A stretch of 64,000 nucleotides of DNA, taken from IMG/VR virus record IMGVR_UViG_3300028840_008160, positions 186,001 to 250,000 of that record. One strand, 5' to 3'. This document shows, piece by piece, positions 40,892 to 49,933 of the stretch. A program made the translations under genes and the position numbers. Each line of letters begins with the position of its first letter. The first letter of the stretch is position 1. Below the pieces are notes generated by a model. It had not been told where the DNA came from. It made no database searches and worked only from the letters and a program-made list of their open reading frames with translations.

Positions 40892-42400
40892 ATGAGTGTA
40901 GATGAAAATCAGAAAAAAGCAATATTAGACGTAATTAGTTTATTAAAGTCTTCGTTTGACATTAAAGACGATGACGCAGTTGTTATTGCTCAAAGATTTA
41001 GTGATCAAGAACATGCATTAAATGATAAGCTTGAAGTCATAAAAAAGCGAGAACAAGAGTTAGATCATAATACTAGATTGAAGTTGCAACAAATTAAAAG
41101 TGATCAAAATGAAATAAGAAAACAACAGCATGATATTAGTCAACAGTTTAGGGATTTGAAACTTAAGATTGATGCATTAACTAGTCAAGAACGATCGATG
41201 AATGATCGTACAAATAATCTTAAACAGAGAGAGCAACAATTACAAGGGCAAAAAGAACAAATATTACAAGAATTAGAAAAAGTTGCTAGTCTATCTAGAC
41301 ATGAAGCATTAAATCGATTGTGTTCTAAATTAGAAAATGAAGCTAAGTTAAAAGTTGATAGACGAATAAGTGAAATGTTAAATGAAGCACAGATGACAAT
41401 GCAGACAAAAGCTAGAGATATTTTAGCTTATACGATTCAAAAAGAAACTGTTGATGTTATAACTAATTTAGCAACATCAACTGTGGATTTACCGGATGAT
41501 TCAATTAAAGGTAAGATAATAGGTCGTGAGGGTCGAAATATTAAATCATTTGAAGAAATAACGGGTGTAACTGTACTTATAGATGATACTCCAGAAACAA
41601 TTGTTTTATCATGTTACGATCCTGCTCGTAGAGAAATTGCTAGATTAGCCATGGTGCGGTTGATTGCTGATGGCAGAATACACCCGAGACGAATTGAAGA
41701 AATTGTTGAATTAGCAACAAACGAATTTAATGAAGAAGTTGTACGAATCGGTCAGGAAATGATTACAAAACATGATGTGCCTGACGTTCACCCTGAATTG
41801 ATTAAAACATTAGGGAAATTAAAATATCGCTCAAGTTATTCGCAAAACGTATTAGCTCATAGTGAAGAAGTTGCTTTAATAGCAGCCGATATTGCTAGCG
41901 AACTAGGGTTTAATAAGAAATTACTATTACGTGCCGGATTATTTCATGATATAGGTAAAGTGTTAGATAGAAATGAAGCTGGATCTCATGCTGAATTGGG
42001 TGCTGAATTTGCAAGACGCTATAACGAATCAGATCAAATTTGTCGACTTATAGCAGAACATCATGATAACGAACCAGCATCAGTGCAAACATGGATTATT
42101 AAAACAGCTGATACAATATCATCTGCAAGACCTGGTGCAAGGCAAGATTCATTTGATGCGTATATAAAACGATTACAAGATCTTGAAAGGATTGCTACAT
42201 CGTTTGCAGGTATTAAAGCAGCGTATGCAATGATGGCCGGTAGAGAGTTAAGAGTCATTGTTGAGCCTGACAGTATATCTGATGCTCAAATTGAAATTAT
42301 TGCAGATAACATAACAAATAAAATTCAAGGAACAATGACTTATCCTGGTCAGATCAAAGTAATTGTAATACGAGAAAAGCGGCAAGTCAGATACGCATAG
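40892..42400 (+). CDS. rny: ribonuclease Y (coiled coil, KH, HD) lacking the N-terminal membrane anchor
   Basis: KGKIIGREGRNIK.FE..TGV...IDDTP, DGRIHP.RIEE, SYSQNVL.HS.EV, HDIGK, AD.IS.ARPGAR, AGRE.RV, YPGQIKV.VIRE. Confidence 0.95.
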   Translation: MSVDENQKKAILDVISLLKSSFDIKDDDAVVIAQRFSDQEHALNDKLEVIKKREQELDHNTRLKLQQIKSDQNEIRKQQHDISQQFRDLKLKIDALTSQERSMNDRTNNLKQREQQLQGQKEQILQELEKVASLSRHEALNRLCSKLENEAKLKVDRRISEMLNEAQMTMQTKARDILAYTIQKETVDVITNLATSTVDLPDDSIKGKIIGREGRNIKSFEEITGVTVLIDDTPETIVLSCYDPARREIARLAMVRLIADGRIHPRRIEEIVELATNEFNEEVVRIGQEMITKHDVPDVHPELIKTLGKLKYRSSYSQNVLAHSEEVALIAADIASELGFNKKLLLRAGLFHDIGKVLDRNEAGSHAELGAEFARRYNESDQICRLIAEHHDNEPASVQTWIIKTADTISSARPGARQDSFDAYIKRLQDLERIATSFAGIKAAYAMMAGRELRVIVEPDSISDAQIEIIADNITNKIQGTMTYPGQIKVIVIREKRQVRYA

Positions 42401-42409
42401 GAGGGCAAC

Positions 42410-43135
42410 GTGGTTATTAGACGTCGATATATTGTGATAGTAATTTTAATTGCAGTTGTGGCAATTGTTAGTTCTATTGTGTTTTATTGTGTATTAAAAA
42501 AAGAATTAACAAAAATTACGAAAGAACAATATCAACAAATTGTCGCTCATAAAAAAACAAATCAATTTTTATTGTCGACAATTGATTGGTCGACAAGACG
42601 ACAAAAAACCATTTTGTATCTTCGAGACAAAATTGTAGAAGCTCAAATAACAACAAAACAAAAAGTTGAGTATGAATATGCATATGAAATTGCTGAACAG
42701 GTTGTTGTCGAGTCTGAAAAATATCCAACAATTGATGAATTTTTTGTTTTAGCTGTTATGCATCGAGAATCATGCTTTAATGATAGTGCCAAAAGTGAAA
42801 AAGGTGCGATTGGTTTAATGCAGATTATGCCTGAAACAGCTAGGTTATTGTGTGGCTTTTTTAATATGTCATATAATGATCACATACTCTATAATACAGA
42901 AATTAACATTAAATTTGGTGTAAAACTGCTCGAAGTGTTATATGCTTCTTATGAAAATTATGAAATAGCACTTGCAGGGTACAATGGTGGTCCATATTCA
43001 GCATATTATTACAAAGTTAAAGACAAACGATTATCTGATCAAACAGAGAAGTTTGTACCTTACATTATGACAAAATGGAATGAATATTCAGAAGGATTTA
43101 CAACATTTAGAGTAGATTCAACTACGCAAAGTTAG
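42410..43135 (+). CDS. membrane-anchored lytic transglycosylase (SLT domain)
   Basis: N-terminal hydrophobic helix; RES.F...A.S..GAIGLMQIMPETA, ALAGYNGG. Confidence 0.9.
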   Translation: MVIRRRYIVIVILIAVVAIVSSIVFYCVLKKELTKITKEQYQQIVAHKKTNQFLLSTIDWSTRRQKTILYLRDKIVEAQITTKQKVEYEYAYEIAEQVVVESEKYPTIDEFFVLAVMHRESCFNDSAKSEKGAIGLMQIMPETARLLCGFFNMSYNDHILYNTEINIKFGVKLLEVLYASYENYEIALAGYNGGPYSAYYYKVKDKRLSDQTEKFVPYIMTKWNEYSEGFTTFRVDSTTQS

Positions 43136-43143
43136 GAGAGATT

Positions 43144-44064
43144 ATGTTTAAAGGTATTAATAATGGTGATGTAATATCTGCTGTTGTTTTAATCAAGTCT
43201 ATTTTAAAGAATAAAACTCGGCAAGATACAGATTATTTGCGATTAAGCGTCAATGATGGTAAAGATGATATCACAGCTTTTATGTGGGACACTGCATCTT
43301 GTGAATTTAAAGAAGGCGATGTTGTAAGACTAAAGGGTTCATTTGGAACATACGACAATAAACCAAAAATTGATGTAATTGAGATTAAAGCTACAACAGA
43401 AAAACTTAAGTTGAAGTCATTATCTGGTGATGAAATGACAGATTTTGTTGACCGGTTTAAAAAATTACGAAAAAAGATTGATGATAAAGATCTTATGGAC
43501 TTACTTTCTAATATTTTTGACAATGATGTACTTTGGTCATTATATTGTACTGCTCCAGCTGCTAAATCAAATCACCATGCATATTTAGGAGGGTTATTAC
43601 AACATTCTGTAGAAGTTGCAGAGCATTGCTATGCATTATATAAACTTGATCCAATTTACATAAATGTAAGCTTGCTAATAACAGGGGCTCTGTTACACGA
43701 TATAGGTAAAATAAAAGAATATGAATATGAGAAACAATTCGATAGAACTACGTCTGGTAAGTTGATAGGGCATACTTCGTTAAGTCTGCTGATTATTAGT
43801 AGGATATTACCGGATGGATTTCCGCCAAAGAAATCTACAGAATTGATTCATTTGATTTTGTCACATCATGGAAAACGAGATTGGGGTGCGCCAGTAGAAC
43901 CAATGACAAAAGAAGCTGTAATATTGCATCATTGTGATATGGTCGCTTCTTATAATGGCAGATTTAATGAACAAAAAGCTAGTGCTAAAGGACATGAATT
44001 TTCAGCGTATGACAAAACTTACAATAGACACTGGTATTTCAAAACAACAGATGATAAAGCTTGA
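43144..44064 (+). CDS. yhaM: YhaM-like 3'-5' exoribonuclease (OB + HD)
   Basis: PAA...HHAYLGGLL.HS, LLHDIGKIKEY, G.L.GH, ILSHHG..WGAP..P.T.EA. Confidence 0.88.
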   Translation: MFKGINNGDVISAVVLIKSILKNKTRQDTDYLRLSVNDGKDDITAFMWDTASCEFKEGDVVRLKGSFGTYDNKPKIDVIEIKATTEKLKLKSLSGDEMTDFVDRFKKLRKKIDDKDLMDLLSNIFDNDVLWSLYCTAPAAKSNHHAYLGGLLQHSVEVAEHCYALYKLDPIYINVSLLITGALLHDIGKIKEYEYEKQFDRTTSGKLIGHTSLSLLIISRILPDGFPPKKSTELIHLILSHHGKRDWGAPVEPMTKEAVILHHCDMVASYNGRFNEQKASAKGHEFSAYDKTYNRHWYFKTTDDKA

Positions 44065-44422
44065 TTTTAGCATATTTGCACAGCAATTTGACTTGATGCT
44101 TAAAACTGTCGGATATGCTCGTGTTAAATTCTTTTTCTTTTTATATCATACTAGACCTATAAAATGCGCAGGATATTTACATAGCGTACGACAAGCGAAG
44201 TTTTTTGGTGATTCAGTTATTGTGATAAAATTTACTCATTTAAAATGCGGGCAATATTCACGACATGGTGTATTACCTTTGCGAAATATTAGATTTATTA
44301 AAAGTAGTTTAGGTGATTACGCACAATATATCAAGAATAATAATGTGCTTGATCAATTTTTAGCAAATCATATTGAACAACATGAGCGAACATTAACAAA
44401 GTTCAACATAATAGCTGATTAA
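44051..44422 (+). CDS. hypothetical protein
   Basis: ATG 44051 overlaps the yhaM stop region. Confidence 0.5.
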   Translation: MIKLDFSIFAQQFDLMLKTVGYARVKFFFFLYHTRPIKCAGYLHSVRQAKFFGDSVIVIKFTHLKCGQYSRHGVLPLRNIRFIKSSLGDYAQYIKNNNVLDQFLANHIEQHERTLTKFNIIAD

Positions 44423-44423
44423 T

Positions 44424-44552
44424 GAGGGAGCGGAAGAGTTGCCGGTGAGCAGGTGTCTGGCGCCAGAAACTGTTAACTTAATAGAATTTGAGATCTGGTA
44501 AGTAGTAGCAAGATGCTTTGCGAAAAACTTTATCTTCCGCTCCCTCTTTTTT
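44424..44552 (+). ncRNA. candidate structured ncRNA (about 125 nt, rod-like)
   Basis: perfect 14-bp terminal inverted repeat gagggagcggaaga / tcttccgctccctc, inner gagca/tgctt and ccaga/tctgg pairs, ends in T6; intergenic. Confidence 0.6.
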
Positions 44553-44586
44553 AGAAATGGTTGTATTGGAATTTTCAGAGGACAAT

Positions 44587-44796
44587 ATGTCAAAGAGTGT
44601 TAAAATCTTCGTAATCTTTATGATAGTAATATCAACATTATTTACAATAAGCGTCGTTTACATTTTGATATCTTGTTTAGGATCATCTGTTTGCTTACCT
44701 GTTGAAAAAAATCTCAACGACAGTTTATATGAGATTATTTGGATTGATACTTTACCAAAAACAGAGTACGGTATAGCAGCTAAGCGTATATGGTAA
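44587..44796 (+). CDS. small membrane protein
   Basis: GAGG RBS; N-terminal hydrophobic helix. Confidence 0.55.
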   Translation: MSKSVKIFVIFMIVISTLFTISVVYILISCLGSSVCLPVEKNLNDSLYEIIWIDTLPKTEYGIAAKRIW

Positions 44797-44860
44797 GCCA
44801 AAAAATTAATTGCTACGTAAATTGTCATGACTACTCACAACTATAGGATGAGGAGATGTC

Positions 44861-45385
44861 ATGGCAAAATCTACCAAGCCATTAAATTACAAACAAGTTG
44901 ATGAATTTGTTAAAACTCAAAAAAATCCTACCTATAGTATTTTCAAAACTGCGCATCCCAAATCAAAAGTTTCTCGAACATCTTTCGGTCGTCGTAAAAA
45001 TTTCCTTCAAACAGGAAAAAAGCGCGATCAGTCGAGGCGTCATTTAAAAGGTCCGGCAGGATATCATAGAATTGATTACACAGTTGTTGACAAATTCATA
45101 AGACAACAACCAGATGCTTTGTATCAGGATTTCAAAGCTAAAAACAGAAGTTTTAATATTTGTTTGGGCACATTTAATGTTCGAAGAAAAAAAATACTTG
45201 GACAATCGGTCAGTTTAGATAAACCACAACTTTACATGAGATTATGGTCAGGCAAATGTAGTGATGAAACAATAAAAGTTATTAGATCGATTATTACTGT
45301 TTTGAACAAAACTGGTAGAGCTAGAATAGAAGCAATCGAATTATCCAACCCATCCATATTAGAGATAAGGGAGGCAGGCAAATGA
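44861..45385 (+). CDS. basic hypothetical protein with internal repeat
   Basis: Y..VD.F+...  ...F..R+ motif twice; GAGGAG RBS. Confidence 0.65.
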   Translation: MAKSTKPLNYKQVDEFVKTQKNPTYSIFKTAHPKSKVSRTSFGRRKNFLQTGKKRDQSRRHLKGPAGYHRIDYTVVDKFIRQQPDALYQDFKAKNRSFNICLGTFNVRRKKILGQSVSLDKPQLYMRLWSGKCSDETIKVIRSIITVLNKTGRARIEAIELSNPSILEIREAGK

Positions 45386-45681
45386 CAAAAACAGAGATGA
45401 AGATCAAGTCAAATATAACAAAGAAAAAAGCATCGCCTGTTTTAAACGGTCGTGTTTCATTTCAAAGTGTTCGTAATATATTGATTGTTGATAAGTATTT
45501 TACAGTCAATACAACAGGACAAGAAATTGGTATTGCTCGAATGGTTCGTGGCAAACCGATTAGATTGTCACTTACATGTACAAAGAACGGTATTTTTGTC
45601 AAACCACCAAAATATGTGTTTGTAAGTACAAATTCGTGGTTCGACTATCCTGACCTTGAAGAACGATTTTCGCGCGATTAA
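45382..45681 (+). CDS. hypothetical protein
   Basis: 99-aa coupled ORF. Confidence 0.55.
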   Translation: MTKTEMKIKSNITKKKASPVLNGRVSFQSVRNILIVDKYFTVNTTGQEIGIARMVRGKPIRLSLTCTKNGIFVKPPKYVFVSTNSWFDYPDLEERFSRD

Positions 45682-45849
45682 AAAATACTCGGCGATTTTA
45701 TCAAAAGATTGAAGAAGCTTGGCATTTGGCAGCATATTGGCAATAAGAATTTCTTTAGCGTGAATCAACAAAACAAAAAATTGAATCGTGACAAGGCTTT
45801 TGCTGAAATGCGTCGCATGAAATAATTGTCAAACATTAATTTTTTATCA

Positions 45850-45871
45850 GGCTAATGCTAATGCATTAGCC
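45850..45871. terminator. hairpin, possible terminator
   Basis: ggctaatgc-taat-gcattagcc perfect 9-bp stem. Confidence 0.55.
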
Positions 45872-45879
45872 GTTGTTGT

Positions 45880-45905
45880 GTAAATGTGTAGATTACGATA
45901 GTATA
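45880..45905 (+). promoter_or_regulatory. putative phage promoter GTAAA-N16-GTATA
   Basis: third copy of the spaced motif, after a hairpin and just before ATG 45915. Confidence 0.45.
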
Positions 45906-45914
45906 TATAATAAT

Positions 45915-46484
45915 ATGGACATAGATATCAAAAAAATGGAACGATTGATTGAATCAATCGAGCCAACAAATGTTGCTGTCGTTGTCAAGTCTGTTTTAAT
46001 TCCTCCAAAAATAATTGAAGGTGATGAATGGAAAGAAAGTGTGCCGTCATTTTCTGATGATTTGTTAAAAGATGGTATAACAATTCCACTGATTATTGGT
46101 AATCAACTAGTATATTGTGATTTAAATGAAGCAGAAGAATCAAAATTTGTTGAAATCATCGTTGACATAATGCGAAATTTTAGTATGCAAGGTCGGCGTG
46201 TGATGGTCGGGCCAGAAGATGCTAAAGAACTTGAAGAACGGCTGATTGATTTTAATTTAGATCAGCAACAATTCAATTTGTTTAAGCCATTATGGGAACA
46301 AGAACAAGCTGTTTGTGTCGAATATAGAGCATACGTTGGTTCAATGAATGATTTGAGAGATGTTGACAAGAAAAAACAAATCATTCTTCCTAATCTTTTA
46401 TTTTCTGTTGGTGGCGTTTGGGATGAAAAATCTAAATCATGGATGTATGAGCCATTCAGTCAACCTCAAGAGATTTGGGCATGA
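45915..46484 (+). CDS. hypothetical protein
   Basis: ATG 45915. Confidence 0.6.
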   Translation: MDIDIKKMERLIESIEPTNVAVVVKSVLIPPKIIEGDEWKESVPSFSDDLLKDGITIPLIIGNQLVYCDLNEAEESKFVEIIVDIMRNFSMQGRRVMVGPEDAKELEERLIDFNLDQQQFNLFKPLWEQEQAVCVEYRAYVGSMNDLRDVDKKKQIILPNLLFSVGGVWDEKSKSWMYEPFSQPQEIWA

Positions 46485-47389
46485 ATGGTGTCAATGTTTT
46501 ATTAACTTCATTTTGGCACGCCAAAAAATACGATACTGATCAAAGGTACAATGTCGCGAGAATAAAGCCGGACTGGTGCAAGTATTTTGACTTACCATTT
46601 TTAGCACCTATCAATCCAAACGGTAAAAAAATCTTATTAGGTGATAATTACTTTAGCGAATTGCGAAACGCTTATATATACAGATGGTCTGTAATTAAAG
46701 CATGGTTAGATTGTTTAAAAAATAACGAGTTTATTATATTGTGTTGTTGGTGTCCTCATAACAAACTGTCAAAACAGCAGTTGGCAACGAATAAAACTTT
46801 TGATTGCCATACATTGTTAATCGGATCTATGATTAGAATACATAGACCCGATTTGATCATTGCTTTAGATGATGATAGAGATCAATATGGCAATGTTGAT
46901 TGGAAACGTTGGTATTATGAAACTGAATTAGTCAAAGTTATTTCTGGCGGTCAAACTGGAGCAGATCAGGGCGGATTACAAGCAGCTAAAGCAGTTGGAT
47001 TAAAGACTGGCGGGTGGATGCCAAAAGGCTATGTTACTCAAACCGGAAATCGTCCTGATTTTGCAGATTTATATGGAATTAAAGAACATACTTCATCTAA
47101 ATATCCGCCAAGAACGTTTGCAAACGTAAAAGATTCAGACGGTACAATACGATTAGCTAGGGATTTCGAATCGTCAGGTGAACGGTTAACATTGAAAGCA
47201 ATCACTCAATATAAACGACCGTATTTTGATGTTAATATTGATAATCCGCCATTGCCAGTTATTGTGCGAGAATGGCTTAGAAAACATAAAATACAGACAC
47301 TAAATGTAGCGGGTAATGCTGAACGCAGAGCTAATGGTGTCAATGCATTCACAATTGATTATTTAGCAAAAGTATTTAAACAACGATAA
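46481..47389 (+). CDS. SLOG-family (putative molybdenum-carrier-like) protein with extra N-terminal domain
   Basis: KVISGGQTGADQGGL..A...G..TGGW.P.G, Y..RT..NV.DSDGT, LNVAGN. Confidence 0.8.
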   Translation: MNGVNVLLTSFWHAKKYDTDQRYNVARIKPDWCKYFDLPFLAPINPNGKKILLGDNYFSELRNAYIYRWSVIKAWLDCLKNNEFIILCCWCPHNKLSKQQLATNKTFDCHTLLIGSMIRIHRPDLIIALDDDRDQYGNVDWKRWYYETELVKVISGGQTGADQGGLQAAKAVGLKTGGWMPKGYVTQTGNRPDFADLYGIKEHTSSKYPPRTFANVKDSDGTIRLARDFESSGERLTLKAITQYKRPYFDVNIDNPPLPVIVREWLRKHKIQTLNVAGNAERRANGVNAFTIDYLAKVFKQR

Positions 47390-47397
47390 TATGATAA

Positions 47398-47601
47398 ATG
47401 TATTATTTCATTTCATACAGGCGAAAAAGTCATTGCGGTGAGTTTTGGTCTCATGCAAATGATGCTATAGATATTCATCCATTTGTGTGGTTAGCAAAAA
47501 TGAATAATAGCATTGAGAAAGCAGTGTTAATTAGTTATCAACAAATTACTTCAGATGAGTATGAACTATTTAAGCAAGTGGTGAATAATGGCAAAAGTTA
47601 A
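47398..47601 (+). CDS. hypothetical protein
   Basis: 67-aa ORF. Confidence 0.55.
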   Translation: MYYFISYRRKSHCGEFWSHANDAIDIHPFVWLAKMNNSIEKAVLISYQQITSDEYELFKQVVNNGKS

Positions 47602-47905
47602 ATTTGAATTTCATTGTACTGAATGTAATAAATATTTTGATTTTAAGTTAGATACATCGTTAAACGGCAATTATAGAATTCATTGTCCAAACTGTGGACA
47701 TATTCATTATAGGAAAGTTTCTAAAGGTCAGATAACAGCAGATAGATTTGACAGAAATCCTACTGATCCATTGTTACACGATATTAGACCAATGAAGTCA
47801 TCTTGTCGTGATATTCAACACGAAACGTTTAATGATTCAAACGCGCCAGATGCTAAAGTATTTATGTGGCAATTATGGCGCGATAGATTTTCAGCAAGGG
47901 TGTAA
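47588..47905 (+). CDS. zinc-ribbon protein
   Basis: CTEC...CPNCGHIHYR. Confidence 0.7.
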   Translation: MAKVKFEFHCTECNKYFDFKLDTSLNGNYRIHCPNCGHIHYRKVSKGQITADRFDRNPTDPLLHDIRPMKSSCRDIQHETFNDSNAPDAKVFMWQLWRDRFSARV

Positions 47906-47907
47906 AT

Positions 47908-48309
47908 ATGTCAAAAGACAAAAATGTGATTCCGTTTCTTGTTAATAGTCGTGGCGCAAAAAAGTCTAATGATGGAAGCATAATTGATCACGGTGATATT
48001 GGCGATCTTAAGTTTGAAGTCTATTCAAGAAATGATCGATTCCGTGTTATTCATATTTTCAATGCAAAGAAAACAGCATTGTTTAAAAAAGATGCTGAAG
48101 ATTTTAGAGATGCAATTGATGCAATCAATTTTGAAGATATGGCAGACGGAACAGAGCATGTGATTGAAGGTTCTGGTGACAATGATGATCTTATTTTTAC
48201 TTGCGTCAGTGGTGAAATTAAGTTGAATATTCGCCGAAAAGGACTTAGTGTCATAGATAAATTGAAATCAATTATTGGTGACAAGTCCAAAAAGGAGATA
48301 GACTCATGA
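47908..48309 (+). CDS. hypothetical protein (probable paralog of 48727-49014)
   Basis: shared I..L+...+H+...K...F..D...F+..I...DG...I.G+G pattern. Confidence 0.55.
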   Translation: MSKDKNVIPFLVNSRGAKKSNDGSIIDHGDIGDLKFEVYSRNDRFRVIHIFNAKKTALFKKDAEDFRDAIDAINFEDMADGTEHVIEGSGDNDDLIFTCVSGEIKLNIRRKGLSVIDKLKSIIGDKSKKEIDS

Positions 48310-48722
48310 GTACTGAACTTGTAATGGATCAACTTATTGTTTGGGATGCTGGTAATAAGAAACAAGTTGAAGAAGCTAAAATTCAAATTCTTCAATTCAA
48401 ACGACTTGGTTATGAAATATTATTAGCAAATGGCAAACCAATGGTATGGTTTCGACCATATTATGAACAAGTGCTTGTAAAAGCAAGACGCGTTTGCAAG
48501 AATGTTATGAAGATACTTAATGCAAACGGTGATGACCGAATTGTATGGGACAGGGATAATGGATTTGAAGCTATGGAAGCAAAGAAAAAATTTGAAGATT
48601 TGCTTCGAAAAGGTTATAAAGCTTATAGCGTTGGTCCTGATGGGAAAAAAGGCCGACGAATTAAAGAATTTGATGTTGATGCTGAAGACATAATAATGGT
48701 ACCCAAAACAAGTAAAGGTTGA
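48306..48722 (+). CDS. hypothetical protein with tandem domain duplication
   Basis: D..IVWD..N.....EAK.......GY occurs twice. Confidence 0.65.
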   Translation: MSTELVMDQLIVWDAGNKKQVEEAKIQILQFKRLGYEILLANGKPMVWFRPYYEQVLVKARRVCKNVMKILNANGDDRIVWDRDNGFEAMEAKKKFEDLLRKGYKAYSVGPDGKKGRRIKEFDVDAEDIIMVPKTSKG

Positions 48723-48726
48723 TAAT

Positions 48727-49014
48727 ATGGGCGGCACAAGCGAAGAAAAAATCAATGGTTTAAGATTGCACATTAATAGCGGACTGGTTCATGTTCATGA
48801 TGACGCAAAAGGTTTGAAGTTTTCTTGTGACCAAACTACGTTCAAGTTAGAAATCGAAAGTGCAATGCAAACATTGAAAAGTTCAGATGGTATTGTGAAA
48901 ATTACTGGCACCGGCGCGACACTTTGTATAATGAAAGATAATAAGTCATATGATATGTTTCTTGCGGGTGCAAGTATTAAAACGAAACTGAATGATTTTA
49001 TAAGGAAATGCTAG
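48727..49014 (+). CDS. hypothetical protein
   Basis: 95-aa ORF. Confidence 0.55.
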   Translation: MGGTSEEKINGLRLHINSGLVHVHDDAKGLKFSCDQTTFKLEIESAMQTLKSSDGIVKITGTGATLCIMKDNKSYDMFLAGASIKTKLNDFIRKC

Positions 49015-49015
49015 T

Positions 49016-49924
49016 ATGACACTAGTAGCGGAAGTAAAGAACTTTGAATCGTCGTGTCAGAGACCAAAACCAAAAGAAGTTAAAACAGACAATGGTTTCT
49101 GTATCTATAATGATAATAAACAGCTTTATATTTCAGGCGATCAAAAAGCAAAAATCACTTTAGATTTAAATAGTAAGTATCTATATAAGCCAATGACAGC
49201 AGAAACAATGCATAATTTAACTGCTGATGTAAATAGTGCTCTTACTGGTTATTATACAGCATCTAATGTTACGTTTGAAAATTGCATATTTAAATATACA
49301 TCATCGGCAACATTCCCTGTTGACTCCATTGAACATATCGCTAGTGACAATAGTAGTGATTATTTTCATATAAATCAACGGCCGACAGATTCATGGGTTT
49401 CTGCTTATTCAATTAATCATACGACAAATTCTGTTGAAGTTACATTTGGTAATGATTTTACTACAGGAACAACGCCAACTATTACAATTGGAAATAGTTG
49501 TGTTTGGCCAATAGTTTCTGAGACAAAAGAAGAATTTGCTCGTAAACAAATGCGAAGTAACATGGTTATATGTGTCAAATCTAGGGCAGAAGAATTTGCA
49601 TTACGTAATGCTCCGCAAAATGAATTGCTTGCACTTGAAATGTTGCGAGAAATGATATCTGAAGAAGCATTTCGAAAATATTTGAAACATGGTTTTATAT
49701 TAGTTGAAGGTCGTGATGGTCGTATTTATCAGATATTCCGCAATAAATGGCATACTAAAGTTTGGCGGGGTGGAAAAGTCATTGAAGAAATTTGTGTAAG
49801 AATTTCTAGTGATGTGAAAGTTCCTGATACTGATAACGTTATAGCATTTAAAACAATGATTGAAGCTGATGAAGATGAATTTAGAAAAATTGGGAATTTA
49901 TATAAGATGCAAAAAGCTGCATAA
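49016..49924 (+). CDS. hypothetical protein
   Basis: 302-aa ORF. Confidence 0.6.
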   Translation: MTLVAEVKNFESSCQRPKPKEVKTDNGFCIYNDNKQLYISGDQKAKITLDLNSKYLYKPMTAETMHNLTADVNSALTGYYTASNVTFENCIFKYTSSATFPVDSIEHIASDNSSDYFHINQRPTDSWVSAYSINHTTNSVEVTFGNDFTTGTTPTITIGNSCVWPIVSETKEEFARKQMRSNMVICVKSRAEEFALRNAPQNELLALEMLREMISEEAFRKYLKHGFILVEGRDGRIYQIFRNKWHTKVWRGGKVIEEICVRISSDVKVPDTDNVIAFKTMIEADEDEFRKIGNLYKMQKAA

Positions 49925-49933
49925 GGAATAGCA

